DNA from: Escherichia coli
Lineage (GTDB): Bacteria > Pseudomonadota > Gammaproteobacteria > Enterobacterales > Enterobacteriaceae
DNA length: 64,000 nucleotides
NCBI RefSeq assembly: GCF_030384885.1
Contig: NZ_CP128613.1
Reading direction: 5' to 3' (one strand)
The position numbers and the translations under genes were made by a program. The notes under the pieces were generated by a model. It saw only the letters and a program-made list of their open reading frames with translations. It was not told the DNA's origin and did not search any database. This document shows, in pieces, positions 22,851 to 34,518 of the stretch. Within the stretch, counting starts at the first letter, position 1. Every line of letters begins with the position of its first letter.

Positions 22851-24311
22851 TTACAGCGCAGCCACACACTCGCGCGCACCGCGTTCACACAGCTGCTGAT
22901 ATGCCGCCGTCACCGCGCCAACAAAGTCGGCATTCTGCGGCAGATCATCGGCAAAAATACCGCTCAGGCCCAGCAGCGCTTTCACGCGGTCTGCGCCCTG
23001 ATACTGCGCATTGATCTTCTGGAACTCCGCCAGCATCGGGTCGACCACATCAATGGCATTCCCCTGCTCATCCACCCCCTGGGTGTAACGCATCCAGCCA
23101 GCCACGCCCAGCGCCAGGTGACGCCAGCTACCGCCGTTTTGCAGGTGCAGACGCACCGGATCCAACAGGCGCTGCGGTAACTTCTGGCTTCCGTCCATCG
23201 CAATCTGCCAGGTACGGTGACGCAGAGACGGGTTGCTGAAACGCTCGATCAGCAGCGTCGCATAGGCGTTCAGGTCCGTACCTTCCGGCATCGACAGCGT
23301 TGGCGCTTGTTCCTGCATCATCAGGGCAAAGGCCGCTTTGCGATAATCCGGGTTAGTCATGGTGTCGGCAATAGTTTCATAGCCGCCGAGGTAACCGAGG
23401 TACGCCAGGAAAGAGTGGCTGCCGTTCAGCATACGCAATTTCATCATTTCGAACGGCACAACGTCTGCAACGAACTGTGCACCCACTTTATCCCAGTCCG
23501 GGCGCCCATTAACAAAGTTATCTTCAATGACCCACTGACGGAACGGTTCGCAGGCAATGGCGCACGGGTCGTAAACGCCCAGCTGGTCAGCAATTTCCTG
23601 CAACGTTTCTGGGGTAGCGGCAGGAACGATACGGTCAACCATGGTGCACGGGAAGGTGACGTTCTCTTCAATCCATGCCGCCAGCTGCGGATCGCGCGCC
23701 TGAGCCAGCCCCAGAACAGCAACTTTTGCCACGTGACCGTTTTCACGCACGTTGTCGCAGGACATGACAGTAAACGCTTTCAGCCCTTTTTCACGACGCA
23801 GACGCAACGCTTCTACGATGTAACCAATCGCCGACTTCGGCGCAGTCGGGTTTTCCAGATCGTGCTTAATCAGCGGATTATTGAGATCCAGCTGACCGCT
23901 TGCCGCATCGGCGCAATAACCTTTCTCTGTGACCGTCAGGGAGACAATCGCCGTCTGCGGACGCGCCATCGCGATGAGAATACCTTCACAACCGTCGATT
24001 TCCGGGTGCAGCGCTTCTTTCATCGAGCCAATAATTTTCAGCTCGGTGCTTTCTGCGCCTTTTTCCGCCACGGTGTACAGCAGTTGCTGTTTTTTCAGGT
24101 TTTCGATCAGCACGCGGTCGTTACCTGGCATCAGGTTAACTTCGCAGATCCCCCAGTCGCTATCCGTGCTTTCCAGCAGGTGATGGGTGTACAGCGCCTG
24201 GTGCGCGCGGTGAAACGCCCCGCAACCGAGATGCACAATGCGTGATTCCAGACGAGAATGATCCCATGACGGGCGGGCAACCGGCAGATTGCTGTCAACA
24301 ATAGTAGTCAT
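22851..24311 (-). CDS. uxuB: D-mannonate oxidoreductase
   Basis: 486-aa product starting MTTIVDSNLPVARPSWDHSRLESRIVHLGCGAFHRAHQALYT; mannitol-dehydrogenase family. Confidence 0.9.
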   Translation of the reverse strand: MTTIVDSNLPVARPSWDHSRLESRIVHLGCGAFHRAHQALYTHHLLESTDSDWGICEVNLMPGNDRVLIENLKKQQLLYTVAEKGAESTELKIIGSMKEALHPEIDGCEGILIAMARPQTAIVSLTVTEKGYCADAASGQLDLNNPLIKHDLENPTAPKSAIGYIVEALRLRREKGLKAFTVMSCDNVRENGHVAKVAVLGLAQARDPQLAAWIEENVTFPCTMVDRIVPAATPETLQEIADQLGVYDPCAIACEPFRQWVIEDNFVNGRPDWDKVGAQFVADVVPFEMMKLRMLNGSHSFLAYLGYLGGYETIADTMTNPDYRKAAFALMMQEQAPTLSMPEGTDLNAYATLLIERFSNPSLRHRTWQIAMDGSQKLPQRLLDPVRLHLQNGGSWRHLALGVAGWMRYTQGVDEQGNAIDVVDPMLAEFQKINAQYQGADRVKALLGLSGIFADDLPQNADFVGAVTAAYQQLCERGARECVAAL

Positions 24312-24391
24312 CGTAAACTCCAGAATCCGTCTTCAGAGAGTGACGGCAAGGAAGAAGGAACCGGCACGGCGCGCAGCCATGCCGTTGGATA

Positions 24392-25576
24392 TTAACGGCT
24401 AAAGAAAGCGCGCTGGATCGCCATTTCGACGCCGCGAACTTCAGCCAGACCTTTCAGACGACCAATTGCGGAGTAACCTGGGTTGGTTTTCTTCTTCAGG
24501 TCGTCCAGCATCTGATGACCGTGGTCCGGACGCATCGGGATCAGGTCTTCTTTGCCTTCCGCTTTACGACGGTGTTCTTCTTCAACAATCGCTTTCACCA
24601 CTTCGTACATATCAACGTCACCGTTCAGGTGCGCCGCTTCGTGGAAGGTTTTCGGGTTATCTTCACGCATGGTGGAGCGCAGATGGGTGAAGTAAATACG
24701 CGGACCGAACTGCTTGATCATATCAACCAGATCGTTGTCAGCACGCACGCCGTAGGAACCGGTGCACATGGTGAAACCGTTCGCCATGCTGTTTACGGTA
24801 TCAACCATCCACTGCATATCTTCAATGGTGGAAACGATACGCGGCAGGCCGAGGATTGGGCGCGGCGGATCGTCCGGGTGAACAGCCATACGCACGCCAA
24901 CTTCTTCCGCAACTGGAATGATCGCCTTCAGGAAGACCGCAAAGTTTTCGCGCAGTTTGGCTTTGTCGATATCTTTGTACAGCTCCAGGTGCTTACGGAA
25001 CTGGTCAAGGGTGTAGCCTTCTTCCGCGCCCGGCAGACCGGCAATGATGTTACGGGTCAGACGCGCTTTGTCTTCGTCGCTCATAGTGGCGAAGCGTTCA
25101 GCGGCCTGAGCAATTTCTTCTTCGGTGTAATCCGCTTCCGCGCCTGGACGCTTCAGGATATGCATTTCGAATGCAGCAAATTCGATCTGGTCGAAGCGCA
25201 GAGCTTTGGAGCCGTCTGGCAGCACGTATTCGAGGTCAGTACGGGTCCAGTCGAGCACCGGCATGAAGTTGTAGCACACGGTGCGAATGCCGCACTGCGC
25301 CAGGTTGCGCAGGGTCTGCTGATAGTTAGCGATCCACTGCTCGTAGTTGCCAGTGTGGGTTTTGATATCTTCGTGAATTGGCACGCTTTCTACGACAGAC
25401 CACACCAGGCCTGCGTCTTCAACGATCGCCTTGCGTTTGAGGATCTCTTCTACGGACCATACTTCGCCGTTCGGGATATGGTGCAGCGCGGTAACCACGC
25501 CAGTTGCGCCCGCCTGACGGACATCAGCTAAAGAAACCGGATCGTTTGGGCCGTACCAGCGCCAGGTCTGTTCCAT
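24392..25576 (-). CDS. uxuA: D-mannonate dehydratase
   Basis: 394-aa product from [40 protein letters not shown]; the ORF track start at 25612 is an upstream extension. Confidence 0.9.
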   Translation of the reverse strand: MEQTWRWYGPNDPVSLADVRQAGATGVVTALHHIPNGEVWSVEEILKRKAIVEDAGLVWSVVESVPIHEDIKTHTGNYEQWIANYQQTLRNLAQCGIRTVCYNFMPVLDWTRTDLEYVLPDGSKALRFDQIEFAAFEMHILKRPGAEADYTEEEIAQAAERFATMSDEDKARLTRNIIAGLPGAEEGYTLDQFRKHLELYKDIDKAKLRENFAVFLKAIIPVAEEVGVRMAVHPDDPPRPILGLPRIVSTIEDMQWMVDTVNSMANGFTMCTGSYGVRADNDLVDMIKQFGPRIYFTHLRSTMREDNPKTFHEAAHLNGDVDMYEVVKAIVEEEHRRKAEGKEDLIPMRPDHGHQMLDDLKKKTNPGYSAIGRLKGLAEVRGVEMAIQRAFFSR

Positions 25577-25737
25577 GATTTTTCCTCTTTCACATAGTGG
25601 GTTCCACAGCAAAGAGACGCGGAACCCTGGAGTTGTTTAGGTATCCGGATGAACAACCAGACCGCAGCCGTGGCGTTGCATCGGATGAGATGGCGTATAA
25701 GTTCTACCTTTTGGTAAGACATGTCAACCCGAAATCT

Positions 25738-25755
25738 GAAATTGGTTAACCACAT
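25738..25755. promoter_or_regulatory. candidate UxuR/ExuR operator (palindrome TGGTTAACCA) in the uxuA-gntP divergent control region
   Basis: aaattggttaaccaca with a perfectly palindromic core, upstream of uxuA. Confidence 0.35.
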
Positions 25756-25915
25756 CACAAGAATTTCACTCTCACAGTTGTTGCTGCAAATTGCAGCAAA
25801 GGGTAATTGATAGTTATTAATCAGAGGGTGTGACATTCATCGCAACAATGGTTGACCAATTTACATAACATGTCGCCCAAAATAACAACGGTTCAACCAG
25901 GTAAGGTAAAACGTT

Positions 25916-27259
25916 ATGCATGTGCTTAACATTCTTTGGGTAGTATTCGGTATCGGCCTGATGCTGGTACTGAATTTGAAGTTCAAAATCAATTCAATGG
26001 TGGCTTTGCTAGTGGCGGCGCTGTCCGTCGGGATGTTGGCGGGCATGGATTTGATGTCGCTGCTGCACACCATGAAAGCGGGCTTCGGCAACACGCTGGG
26101 GGAACTGGCTATCATAGTGGTGTTCGGTGCGGTCATTGGTAAATTGATGGTCGACTCCGGCGCGGCCCATCAGATAGCGCATACGCTGCTGGCGCGTCTC
26201 GGCCTGCGCTATGTCCAGATATCGGTGATTATCATCGGCCTGATTTTTGGTCTGGCGATGTTCTATGAAGTGGCCTTTATCATGTTAGCGCCGCTGGTTA
26301 TCGTGATTGCCGCCGAAGCTAAAATCCCGTTCCTGAAACTGGCGATCCCGGCAGTAGCAGCTGCCACTACCGCACATTCACTGTTCCCACCGCAGCCGGG
26401 TCCAGTGGCGCTGGTGAATGCTTATGGTGCAGATATGGGGATGGTTTATATCTATGGTGTACTGGTGACGATCCCAAGTGTCATCTGCGCAGGTCTGATC
26501 CTGCCGAAGTTCCTCGGCAATCTTGAGCGCCCAACGCCATCATTCCTCAAAGCGGATCAACCGGTGGATATGAATAATCTCCCCTCTTTCGGCGTTTCGA
26601 TTCTGGTACCGCTGATCCCGGCGATCATTATGATCTCTACCACTATCGCCAATATCTGGCTGGTCAAAGACACCCCTGCGTGGGAAGTCGTTAACTTTAT
26701 CGGTTCATCGCCGATTGCAATGTTTATTGCGATGGTGGTTGCATTCATACTCTTTGGCACCGCGCGTGGTCATGACATGCAGTGGGTGATGAACGCCTTT
26801 GAAAGCGCGGTAAAAAGCATTGCGATGGTGATTCTGATCATCGGTGCGGGTGGCGTGCTGAAGCAGACCATCATCGATACCGGCATTGGTGACACCATTG
26901 GCATGTTGATGTCACACGGCAATATCTCGCCGTACATCATGGCGTGGCTGATCACTGTGCTAATTCGTCTGGCGACGGGTCAAGGTGTGGTTTCGGCGAT
27001 GACTGCCGCCGGGATTATCAGTGCTGCAATCCTTGATCCAGCAACCGGTCAACTGGTTGGCGTGAATCCGGCGCTGCTGGTGCTGGCGACAGCTGCAGGT
27101 TCCAACACCCTCACCCACATTAATGATGCCTCATTCTGGCTGTTCAAAGGTTACTTTGACCTGTCAGTAAAAGACACGTTGAAAACATGGGGTCTGCTGG
27201 AGCTGGTCAACTCCGTGGTTGGGCTGATTATTGTGTTGATTATCAGCATGGTAGCGTAA
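25916..27259 (+). CDS. gntP: GntP-family gluconate/fructuronate transporter
   Basis: 447-aa polytopic membrane protein; synteny with uxuA and fimH. Confidence 0.9.
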   Translation: MHVLNILWVVFGIGLMLVLNLKFKINSMVALLVAALSVGMLAGMDLMSLLHTMKAGFGNTLGELAIIVVFGAVIGKLMVDSGAAHQIAHTLLARLGLRYVQISVIIIGLIFGLAMFYEVAFIMLAPLVIVIAAEAKIPFLKLAIPAVAAATTAHSLFPPQPGPVALVNAYGADMGMVYIYGVLVTIPSVICAGLILPKFLGNLERPTPSFLKADQPVDMNNLPSFGVSILVPLIPAIIMISTTIANIWLVKDTPAWEVVNFIGSSPIAMFIAMVVAFILFGTARGHDMQWVMNAFESAVKSIAMVILIIGAGGVLKQTIIDTGIGDTIGMLMSHGNISPYIMAWLITVLIRLATGQGVVSAMTAAGIISAAILDPATGQLVGVNPALLVLATAAGSNTLTHINDASFWLFKGYFDLSVKDTLKTWGLLELVNSVVGLIIVLIISMVA

Positions 27260-27324
27260 AATAGCACCTGAGCCTGCCATTGGCAGGCTCTGTTCGGATT
27301 GTCGGCAAAGTGCGCTTTGTTTAT

Positions 27325-27410
27325 GCCAGATGCGACGCTGGCGCGTCTTATCTGGCCTACAAAGGGCTAACGTGCGGGTTTGTAGGTAGCGTAGCGCATC
27401 AGGCAATATT
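27325..27410. repeat. REP/BIME elements
   Basis: gccagatgcgacgctggcgcgtcttatctggcctacaa and the inverted tgtaggtagcgtagcgcatcaggc copy. Confidence 0.6.
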
Positions 27411-27443
27411 GCGTACCAGCATTAGCAATGTCCTGTGATTTCT

Positions 27444-28346
27444 TTATTGATAAACAAAAGTCACGCCAATAATCGATTGCACATTCCCTGCAGTCACCTG
27501 CCCTCCGGTACGTGCGTAATTTGCCGTTAATCCCAGACTTACCGCCGAAGTCCCTACTGCTCCTAACGATACCGTGTTATTCGCTGGAATAATCGTACCG
27601 TTGCGCGTTAACTGTACGCCGACGCCCTGCGCTGGTGAAAACGACGCGGTATTGGTGAAAATCGAGTTGCCCGCATCTGCGGTTGTGCCGGAGAGGTAAT
27701 ACCCCAGGTTTTGGCTTTTCGCACAATAAACGGTAAGAGGAATCGGCACTGAACCAGGGTAGTCTGGCAGAGTCACGGTGACATCACGAGCAGAAACATC
27801 GCAGCCGCCAGTAGGCACCACCACATCATTATTGGCGTAAATATTCCACACAAACTGGAAATCATCGCTGTTATAGTTGTTGGTCTGTCGCAAAATAAGC
27901 ACGGCAATTAATGAGCCAGCTTTAATCGCCACCCCGCCCGCACTGCTCACAGGCGTCAAATAAAGCGCCACCGGCCACGGCTTATCCGTTCTCGAATTAT
28001 AAACAACGCGCGGCGTTTCGCTGGTGGTAGGAAATGGATAGCTACTGCCACTATATTTTACGGTCCCGGAAAAATTAGATAACACGCCGCCATAAGCCGA
28101 ACCTCGTTGCAGTGTGACATAGTCTGTAATGGTTTCCGGGTAATCGTTATGGCAAAAGATTTGCGTCGAAAGATCTACGACCAGGTTTTGCCCCACATTC
28201 ACGGCGGGCGCAAGGTTTACATAAACATTGGCGCTGCCACCGCCAATAGGGATAGCGGTGCCATTGGCGGTTTTACAGGCGAATGACCAGGCATTTACCG
28301 ACCAGCCCATCAGCAGTACAGCAAACAGGGTAATAACTCGTTTCAT
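27444..28346 (-). CDS. fimH: type 1 fimbrial mannose-binding adhesin
   Basis: Product MKRVITLFAVLLMGWSVNAWSFACKTANGTAIPIGGGSANVYVNLAPAVNVGQNLVVDLSTQIFCHNDYPETITDYV recognised as FimH. Confidence 0.95.
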   Translation of the reverse strand: MKRVITLFAVLLMGWSVNAWSFACKTANGTAIPIGGGSANVYVNLAPAVNVGQNLVVDLSTQIFCHNDYPETITDYVTLQRGSAYGGVLSNFSGTVKYSGSSYPFPTTSETPRVVYNSRTDKPWPVALYLTPVSSAGGVAIKAGSLIAVLILRQTNNYNSDDFQFVWNIYANNDVVVPTGGCDVSARDVTVTLPDYPGSVPIPLTVYCAKSQNLGYYLSGTTADAGNSIFTNTASFSPAQGVGVQLTRNGTIIPANNTVSLGAVGTSAVSLGLTANYARTGGQVTAGNVQSIIGVTFVYQ

Positions 28347-28365
28347 TACAATCATCTCTTCGGCT

Positions 28366-28869
28366 TCAGCTGTAGGTATAGGTGATGCTAATCACTGCCT
28401 GAATGGTTCCCTGAGTGGCTCCGCCATTTACCGTCAATGCTCTGACCTGTAACGGGAAGTGCGCTGATTGTGAGGAATCATCCACTTGAACTGTTTTGGT
28501 TGCGCCAGTATTCAATGTGTTGCCACTGTCATCTTGCAGCTCTAACTGGATGTTTTGCGCGGTCCCCTGGTTTTTATAATATCCCGTACTATCGGCTGCC
28601 CCGCTGAAGCTGGCGGTGACCCTCGATGTTCCCACCGGACAATGAGTCAACTCAAGCGCAACATCATGCCAGGCCGATGCCGCCCCGGCAGACACGAGAC
28701 TGAAAGAATAAAGATCGCCGAGATCAACCGTGGCATTAGTGGTGGAAACCGTGCACGGTTTGGCGACGACCTTACCGTTCACCGTGATGGTGACATCGGC
28801 TGCCCGTATCGTCGCACTTGCGAGCGCCAACATTGCCGCCAATAAATACCCACGTTTGCGCCATTTCAT
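28366..28869 (-). CDS. fimG: type 1 fimbrial minor subunit
   Basis: 167-aa pilin-like product with signal peptide; fim operon synteny. Confidence 0.9.
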   Translation of the reverse strand: MKWRKRGYLLAAMLALASATIRAADVTITVNGKVVAKPCTVSTTNATVDLGDLYSFSLVSAGAASAWHDVALELTHCPVGTSRVTASFSGAADSTGYYKNQGTAQNIQLELQDDSGNTLNTGATKTVQVDDSSQSAHFPLQVRALTVNGGATQGTIQAVISITYTYS

Positions 28870-28881
28870 GAGCATCTCCAG

Positions 28882-29412
28882 TTACTGATATTCAAGAGTG
28901 AAGGTAGCCGTGGCATTGATATGCCCCGCAGTGACAGGCACCTGTGTCGCCATTAGCCGGGCGTAAAAATTCAGCGTATTTGGTTTACCCGGCGTCAGGG
29001 TCGTCCACGAAATCGCGGAGGATGGCGCATTAAGGGGGATCTGATTTTGTTGCTCATTCAGAAGCTGTATTCCCAGCCCCGCAGCCGCTGACACCGTATT
29101 TTCAAGTGCAAGCAGGTTGGCATTGTGACTATCTGCAACGCCGGTAAACCCAACCTTTACGGCAGAAACGGCATTACCACAGGGTGACAGCAAAATACGA
29201 AATGGAACGACAGGAGTCGTCGCGCCAATGTTGTTAAATTGCTTCGCCGCGTTTTCCATCAGATCAACAGTAAAATTGGTTGATTCAGCGGCCACACTAC
29301 AGCCGTTATCTCTGACATAGCCGCGGATAGTAATCGTGCTATCCGCAGCCAAAGCGTGACTTACCGCCAGCCACAAAAAAGCGCACAGAAGATAAAAAGG
29401 TTTGCTTTTCAT
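28882..29412 (-). CDS. fimF: type 1 fimbrial minor subunit
   Basis: 176-aa pilin-like product; fim operon synteny. Confidence 0.9.
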   Translation of the reverse strand: MKSKPFYLLCAFLWLAVSHALAADSTITIRGYVRDNGCSVAAESTNFTVDLMENAAKQFNNIGATTPVVPFRILLSPCGNAVSAVKVGFTGVADSHNANLLALENTVSAAAGLGIQLLNEQQNQIPLNAPSSAISWTTLTPGKPNTLNFYARLMATQVPVTAGHINATATFTLEYQ

Positions 29413-29421
29413 CACGCCCCC

Positions 29422-32058
29422 TTAACGACATTCAGCTGATAGCTGGGTTAATAACTGCTGCTGACTCTCTGGTGGCAGTTGATAATTGGCGACACAGTGA
29501 GCATTTTCCTCTTCTCCCCATTTCACCTGAACTTTTCCCGCTAAAGGCATCCCGCTGAGATAAACCTGACCATTATCCGCAACAATGCCGCTACTCTGGC
29601 TACTCTCTGATGTGACCATCGCCCCAAACGGCAGCGGCTTATTATTATGGGTTAGCGTCATGAGCAGTTTTATCCCAACACGCGCTTTAAACTCTGCTCG
29701 CACAATTGCCCCACGGGTGGGAACAACGTTAGCGACCGCGTTATCTAAATCGACGTTATCAGCCAGGGTATTGGTATCCAGCGCCACTCTATTTTCCCGA
29801 TATTCTGTGGCATAAGGCAGCACGGCATAGCCGCGCCAGTCGGTACGCACCCCCGTCTGGTTTTCAACTTTTGCATCTTTTGCGCCAGGCGCTTTAACAA
29901 GCACCACCGTATCGTTTAACGGCTGCCCCAGCGTTACGCCATTGGCATGAGCCAATACCCCACCGCTGATTCCGTAATAGAGCTGCTTAATATCATCGCT
30001 ATGGCTGTAACCAATGTTGGCATTGCCGTAGCCACCGCGATAATTCAGCGCGGCGTAGCCTGTACTTCCGCTATTACCATCGCCTCCCCCGGCATAGCCG
30101 GTTTGCACGCTATAGCTGAGGTTATTGTCTTCCAGCAACGTACCGTATACGCCCGCAAGGTTGGTCATCCGACCGTTGAGATCGTGTGACATGCTGTAGC
30201 TGGCACTGGCATGTCGCCACTGAGATTTACTGTCAGAACGCAGCCAGTGGCTGAAAGGAATATTGACGTTAAGAGCCAACATCTGATCCCGTCCTTTTTG
30301 CCACGCGTTTTTCGTCAGGCTATAGCTGAGCGTCCAGTTGATATCTTCGAAAGCAGTATTTAATCCAGCCTGGAATTGCTCATCGACATTACTCGTTCCC
30401 CAATAAGTTTGATGGCTACCACTCAAATACAGTGTTGATGTGCGTCCGAGTTGCTGAGTAACAGTGAGCTGTAATTTCCCGCGTTTGTTATAAGCGAGAT
30501 TGTAATAGTCGGTAAATTTCGGCTTAACCTGAATAACACCATCCTGTGTTTCGATGTTGTAGCCACTCATTCGGCTGTATGTTGTATCAGCGAAATTAAA
30601 ATACCCGCTGGTCGAGTAACGGTAACCCACTAACTGAATATTCGTGCCTGACTCATTGAGCGATTTGTTATAGAGAAAACGCACCGATTGCCCGTCATGC
30701 TGACTGTCATCAGGAAGTGTGGAACTAGCCTGCGTCATATCCACTGACAGAGCGCCCAGTGCCCCCATGTTTTTCCCGATACCGAAATTAAAAGCGCGAT
30801 AACGATCCGCCAGTTGCGTTCCACCATATATTGTCCAGCCAGCCGGAAGGCCGTGGAGTAATGTACTCTGGAAAAAACGGGGTTTATCCTGTTGCGCATT
30901 TCCACTACGGTATTCTCCTGCCGTAATGGAATAACGAGTATGCCCTTCACGTTGCAAAAGCGGGACTGACGAATAGGGTACGGTAAAGATCTGCGTGCTA
31001 CCGTCAGCCTCTTTAATCGTTACCTGCAAGTCACCACTATTACCTGCGGCATAGATATCGTTGATGGTAAAAGGCCCCGGTGGCACCGTACTATTATAAA
31101 TGTCATACCCATTTTGTTTAATAGTGACCTGTGCAGTACCACGCGCAATACCGTGGATCACCGGGGCAAATCCTCTTTGGCTATCGGGTAACATATTGTC
31201 ATCTGAGGCCAATTGTGCGCCGCGAAAGTTAATACCATCGAAAATATCGCCCTGAGTATAACCATCACCCAGCGTCAGCCGGGAACGTAACGGAATTATG
31301 TCTCGCTCAAGCCAGGTATTGATATGCTGCCATTTATTTTTGCTACCTGATGAACTGTCGCTACTGTTATAACTCCAGGTGGTATTGTCGCGTAAACGCC
31401 ACGCACCAATATTTAACCCACTCTGTAGGTTTAAATATGCATAATGACTGTTACCACCAATCCGATTCTGTACACTATTTCCGCTGAAATTATAATTGAG
31501 CAATCCGGCATTAATACCGGGATCCCATAACTCAGGAGGAATATAACCACGCGCGCGATTACTCATAAATGCCTGAGGGATCGTCAGGTTGAGTCGCTGC
31601 TGACCAACATCCAGATGCGCAGTAGCGTCATGGATCATTGAGGTTAATGGCACGCAGGCATCATCCGCCAGCAGATTCATACCGGAGACAGAAGCCGTAT
31701 TCAGCCCCATACTGGCAAGTTGCGCGCGTGTCAGGCAGGGAACAATCCCTTGTTCACTGTCGCCCGTATTAAATGTGACATCACGCGTTGCCATATAACC
31801 ATTATTCAAATAGATATCGACGTGATACGTCCCTGGCGGTAATTCTTGACCATCCTCAAAACGCGATAAATCAGCCACAGCCTGGGGATCATCCGCTAAA
31901 AAACGCGGGTTAAAATAGAGTTCGGCAGATGACAAAGGTGCCTGTGTGGCAAAAACACAGGCGACAAAGAGCCGAACAAAAAAACCAGCCAGACGAGGCT
32001 TACGAATATGCAAGCATTCTGTGTTTCGCTGGTAAAGTCTTAAATTCAGATATGACAT
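29422..32058 (-). CDS. fimD: type 1 fimbrial outer-membrane usher
   Basis: 878-aa usher-family product. Confidence 0.95.
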   Translation of the reverse strand: MSYLNLRLYQRNTECLHIRKPRLAGFFVRLFVACVFATQAPLSSAELYFNPRFLADDPQAVADLSRFEDGQELPPGTYHVDIYLNNGYMATRDVTFNTGDSEQGIVPCLTRAQLASMGLNTASVSGMNLLADDACVPLTSMIHDATAHLDVGQQRLNLTIPQAFMSNRARGYIPPELWDPGINAGLLNYNFSGNSVQNRIGGNSHYAYLNLQSGLNIGAWRLRDNTTWSYNSSDSSSGSKNKWQHINTWLERDIIPLRSRLTLGDGYTQGDIFDGINFRGAQLASDDNMLPDSQRGFAPVIHGIARGTAQVTIKQNGYDIYNSTVPPGPFTINDIYAAGNSGDLQVTIKEADGSTQIFTVPYSSVPLLQREGHTRYSITAGEYRSGNAQQDKPRFFQSTLLHGLPAGWTIYGGTQLADRYRAFNFGIGKNMGALGALSVDMTQASSTLPDDSQHDGQSVRFLYNKSLNESGTNIQLVGYRYSTSGYFNFADTTYSRMSGYNIETQDGVIQVKPKFTDYYNLAYNKRGKLQLTVTQQLGRTSTLYLSGSHQTYWGTSNVDEQFQAGLNTAFEDINWTLSYSLTKNAWQKGRDQMLALNVNIPFSHWLRSDSKSQWRHASASYSMSHDLNGRMTNLAGVYGTLLEDNNLSYSVQTGYAGGGDGNSGSTGYAALNYRGGYGNANIGYSHSDDIKQLYYGISGGVLAHANGVTLGQPLNDTVVLVKAPGAKDAKVENQTGVRTDWRGYAVLPYATEYRENRVALDTNTLADNVDLDNAVANVVPTRGAIVRAEFKARVGIKLLMTLTHNNKPLPFGAMVTSESSQSSGIVADNGQVYLSGMPLAGKVQVKWGEEENAHCVANYQLPPESQQQLLTQLSAECR

Positions 32059-32124
32059 TATTCCTCCGGTTTAAAATTACCCGGCAGTCAATTCTTTTTA
32101 TTCAGGCGAAAAATTCCCCCTGCG

Positions 32125-32850
32125 TTATTCCATTACGCCCGTCATTTTTGGGGTAAGTGCGCCATAATCATTTATTGTTCGGTAAGTAATGTTGCTTCCT
32201 GCATCAGAAGGTAATTTAACTGTGCTTTCGCCCATTGGAGGCACCAATGCATTTTCAAGAACCCGAGTTCCGGCATTCAACTCTGTTACCGTCAGGTAAT
32301 AGGGTGTCGGGTTAATCAGCGTCAGAGAATTCGCGCTACGACGAAATCTTAACTTTTCTGCGGCCTGATCGGGTGGCAACGCTAATTTAGCCGGGCGATA
32401 GTACAGTTTTATGCGGCTGATAATTGCGAGCTGTAGCGTATTCTCAGTCAATTTTGATTTATCCATTGACGGAATCGCTTTAACGTTCATCCAGAATAAA
32501 CTTTCCCGGTCCTGTGGCAATTGGTTATTTGTGGCATCAAGAATACGTAAGGTATTCTCTTTTTTTCCCTTCATCGCAAACAGAGGAGGCGTCACGATAA
32601 AACGGCCATCCTTTACACCATCGGCATTTTCCACCCATGATTGAATTAAATAGGTACTATTATCATCATTATTTGTCACGGCAAGTTGCACTTGTTTTTG
32701 CCCTGCCGGATAAATTACGCGAGTCGCACCTAAGGCCACTCCTGCTTCCGCGCGTCCGGCAGTCATCATTGCCATGATCATCAGGATACCTGCCAGCAAG
32801 CAGAATGTTATTTCCTGCAATTTCCTTACATTGACGTTTTTATTACTCAC
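32125..32850 (-). CDS. fimC: type 1 fimbrial periplasmic chaperone
   Basis: 241-aa PapD-like chaperone. Confidence 0.95.
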   Translation of the reverse strand: MSNKNVNVRKLQEITFCLLAGILMIMAMMTAGRAEAGVALGATRVIYPAGQKQVQLAVTNNDDNSTYLIQSWVENADGVKDGRFIVTPPLFAMKGKKENTLRILDATNNQLPQDRESLFWMNVKAIPSMDKSKLTENTLQLAIISRIKLYYRPAKLALPPDQAAEKLRFRRSANSLTLINPTPYYLTVTELNAGTRVLENALVPPMGESTVKLPSDAGSNITYRTINDYGALTPKMTGVME

Positions 32851-32886
32851 TGTCCTGTTCCTGTTATCACATTATCTGCTGAACAA

Positions 32887-33426
32887 TTACTGATAGGTTA
32901 AAGAGAACCAGGCCTGAGCATTGGCGATGCCGCCAGTAACCCGACGCCCGGTAGCACGATATTTGGCGATGAAATGTAACGACGTAGAGCCTGAGTAAAG
33001 TCGTTTCCAGTTTGCTGGAGGACGATTAATCGGTACAAGGTTTCCTTCATCATCAAACAACGCTACGCCAATATTGGTGGCAATCCCTGGCCCCTCTCCC
33101 ACGGAAAGCACATCCGGATTTTTACCATCCGCGACACCGTGAAACGCCACACCCACACGTTCACTCACCACCGTGCTACATTCCCGTAAATGAATAACAA
33201 AAGGCACCGGTGCGCTATCTTCCCCAACCGCATGAAACCGGTTACTGCTGATTTGCCCCATATTGACCGTCATTTGTTTATCACCAGCTTCAATCCGGCA
33301 AGCTTCTGCAATAATGACGCCCTGAAATTGCATATTTCCGCCGGGCAACGTGGTGTTCCATTTATTTCCGGCCAGAGCAAACATTGGCAGCAACGACGCT
33401 AATAGAAATAATCTCTTCCTTTTCAT
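32887..33426 (-). CDS. fimI: fimbrin-like protein FimI
   Basis: Pilin-like product from [19 protein letters not shown]; the ORF track gives a longer upstream extension (to 33558). Confidence 0.85.
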   Translation of the reverse strand: MKRKRLFLLASLLPMFALAGNKWNTTLPGGNMQFQGVIIAEACRIEAGDKQMTVNMGQISSNRFHAVGEDSAPVPFVIHLRECSTVVSERVGVAFHGVADGKNPDVLSVGEGPGIATNIGVALFDDEGNLVPINRPPANWKRLYSGSTSLHFIAKYRATGRRVTGGIANAQAWFSLTYQ

Positions 33427-33490
33427 CGTTATTTTTATCGCACAAGGGTGGGCATCCCTGCCCGTAATGACGTCCCTGAACCTGGGTAGG

Positions 33491-34039
33491 TTATTGATAC
33501 TGAACCTTGAAGGTCGCATCCGCATTAGCAGCACCTGGGGTTGCGGCACCGGTTGCAAAGTAACGCGCCTGGAACGGAATGGTGTTAGTACCGTTATTCA
33601 GGGTTGTTTCTGCACTAAATGTCGCACCGTCCAGCGCCAGCGCAGCACCGGTTCTGTCCAGAATTTGCACACCAACATTTGTTGCGCTACCTGCAGCAGA
33701 ACTCTGCAGAGCTAGTACATCAGTATGCGTAGCATCAATTGCCGTACCTAAGAAGGCAACAGCGGCTTTTGTAGCAACAGTGGTATCGCAATCATTCAGC
33801 TGAATGTTAAAACCAACGGCAGAGCTGGTTGCTCCAGCCTGCTTCAGGCTAGCGGTACGAACCTGGCCCAACTGAACGGTTTGATCAACAGAGCCTGCAT
33901 CAACTGCGCAAGCGGCGTTAACAACTTCCCCTTTGAAGTGAACGGTCCCACCATTTACCGTCGTAGTATCGGCCAGAGCCGCTGCGGAACTGAGGGACAG
34001 AGCCGACAGAACAACGATTGCCAGAGTTTTAATTTTCAT
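33491..34039 (-). CDS. fimA: type 1 fimbrial major subunit
   Basis: 182-aa product from [23 protein letters not shown]; the ATG at 34037-34039 was checked in the sequence. Confidence 0.95.
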   Translation of the reverse strand: MKIKTLAIVVLSALSLSSAAALADTTTVNGGTVHFKGEVVNAACAVDAGSVDQTVQLGQVRTASLKQAGATSSAVGFNIQLNDCDTTVATKAAVAFLGTAIDATHTDVLALQSSAAGSATNVGVQILDRTGAALALDGATFSAETTLNNGTNTIPFQARYFATGAATPGAANADATFKVQYQ

Positions 34040-34157
34040 GCTGCTTTCCTTTAAAAAAACTGTTTCTAAATCGACATGGGCAGTCGTTCTGTACACTTTG
34101 TTTTGAAACGAATTGGACTGCCAACACTGCACAGTTCTTCCCCAAAAGATGAAACAT

Positions 34158-34471
34158 TTGGGGCCATTTTGACTCATAGAGGAAAGCATTACGCACGAAC
34201 TTTCTTAGTTTATTATTTGGATTTATATTCTATTAATACATTATTTTATAGATTTTTATATTGAACGCAGTGGTTTTTGGAGAGATGAATGAGGAAGTTG
34301 CTTCGAGACACAAAAACGTTAGCTTTACCTATAGCGGAGGTTATGTGAAATTAATTTATAAGAGAAACAATTTACATATCAAACAGTTAGTTGCTTTATG
34401 TCGTTTTTTTATATTTTTATGCTTGAGAACAAATACAAAACTTTTTTATGATATGGACAGTTTGGCCCCAA
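34158..34471. promoter_or_regulatory. fimS: fim switch (fimS) invertible element, 314 bp between 9-bp inverted repeats; fimA promoter inside appears to face fimE (phase-OFF orientation)
   Basis: IR ttggggcca at 34158-34166 and tggccccaa at 34463-34471; candidate -35 ttgaga (34423-34428) and -10 tatgata (34447-34453) on the + strand beside the fimE-proximal IR, while fimA lies on the - strand at lower coordinates. Confidence 0.7.
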
Positions 34472-34518
34472 TTGTATTATATTCCTTTATCTTTTTATAT
34501 TATTATCAATAAGTTACA

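Noticed and set aside
23217..24245. 342-aa ORF on the + strand
   Set aside because: Antisense shadow ORF entirely inside uxuB; the translation is arginine- and valine-rich nonsense typical of reverse frames of GC-rich genes.
24515..25531. 338-aa ORF on the + strand
   Set aside because: Antisense to uxuA, which is confidently identified; shadow ORF.
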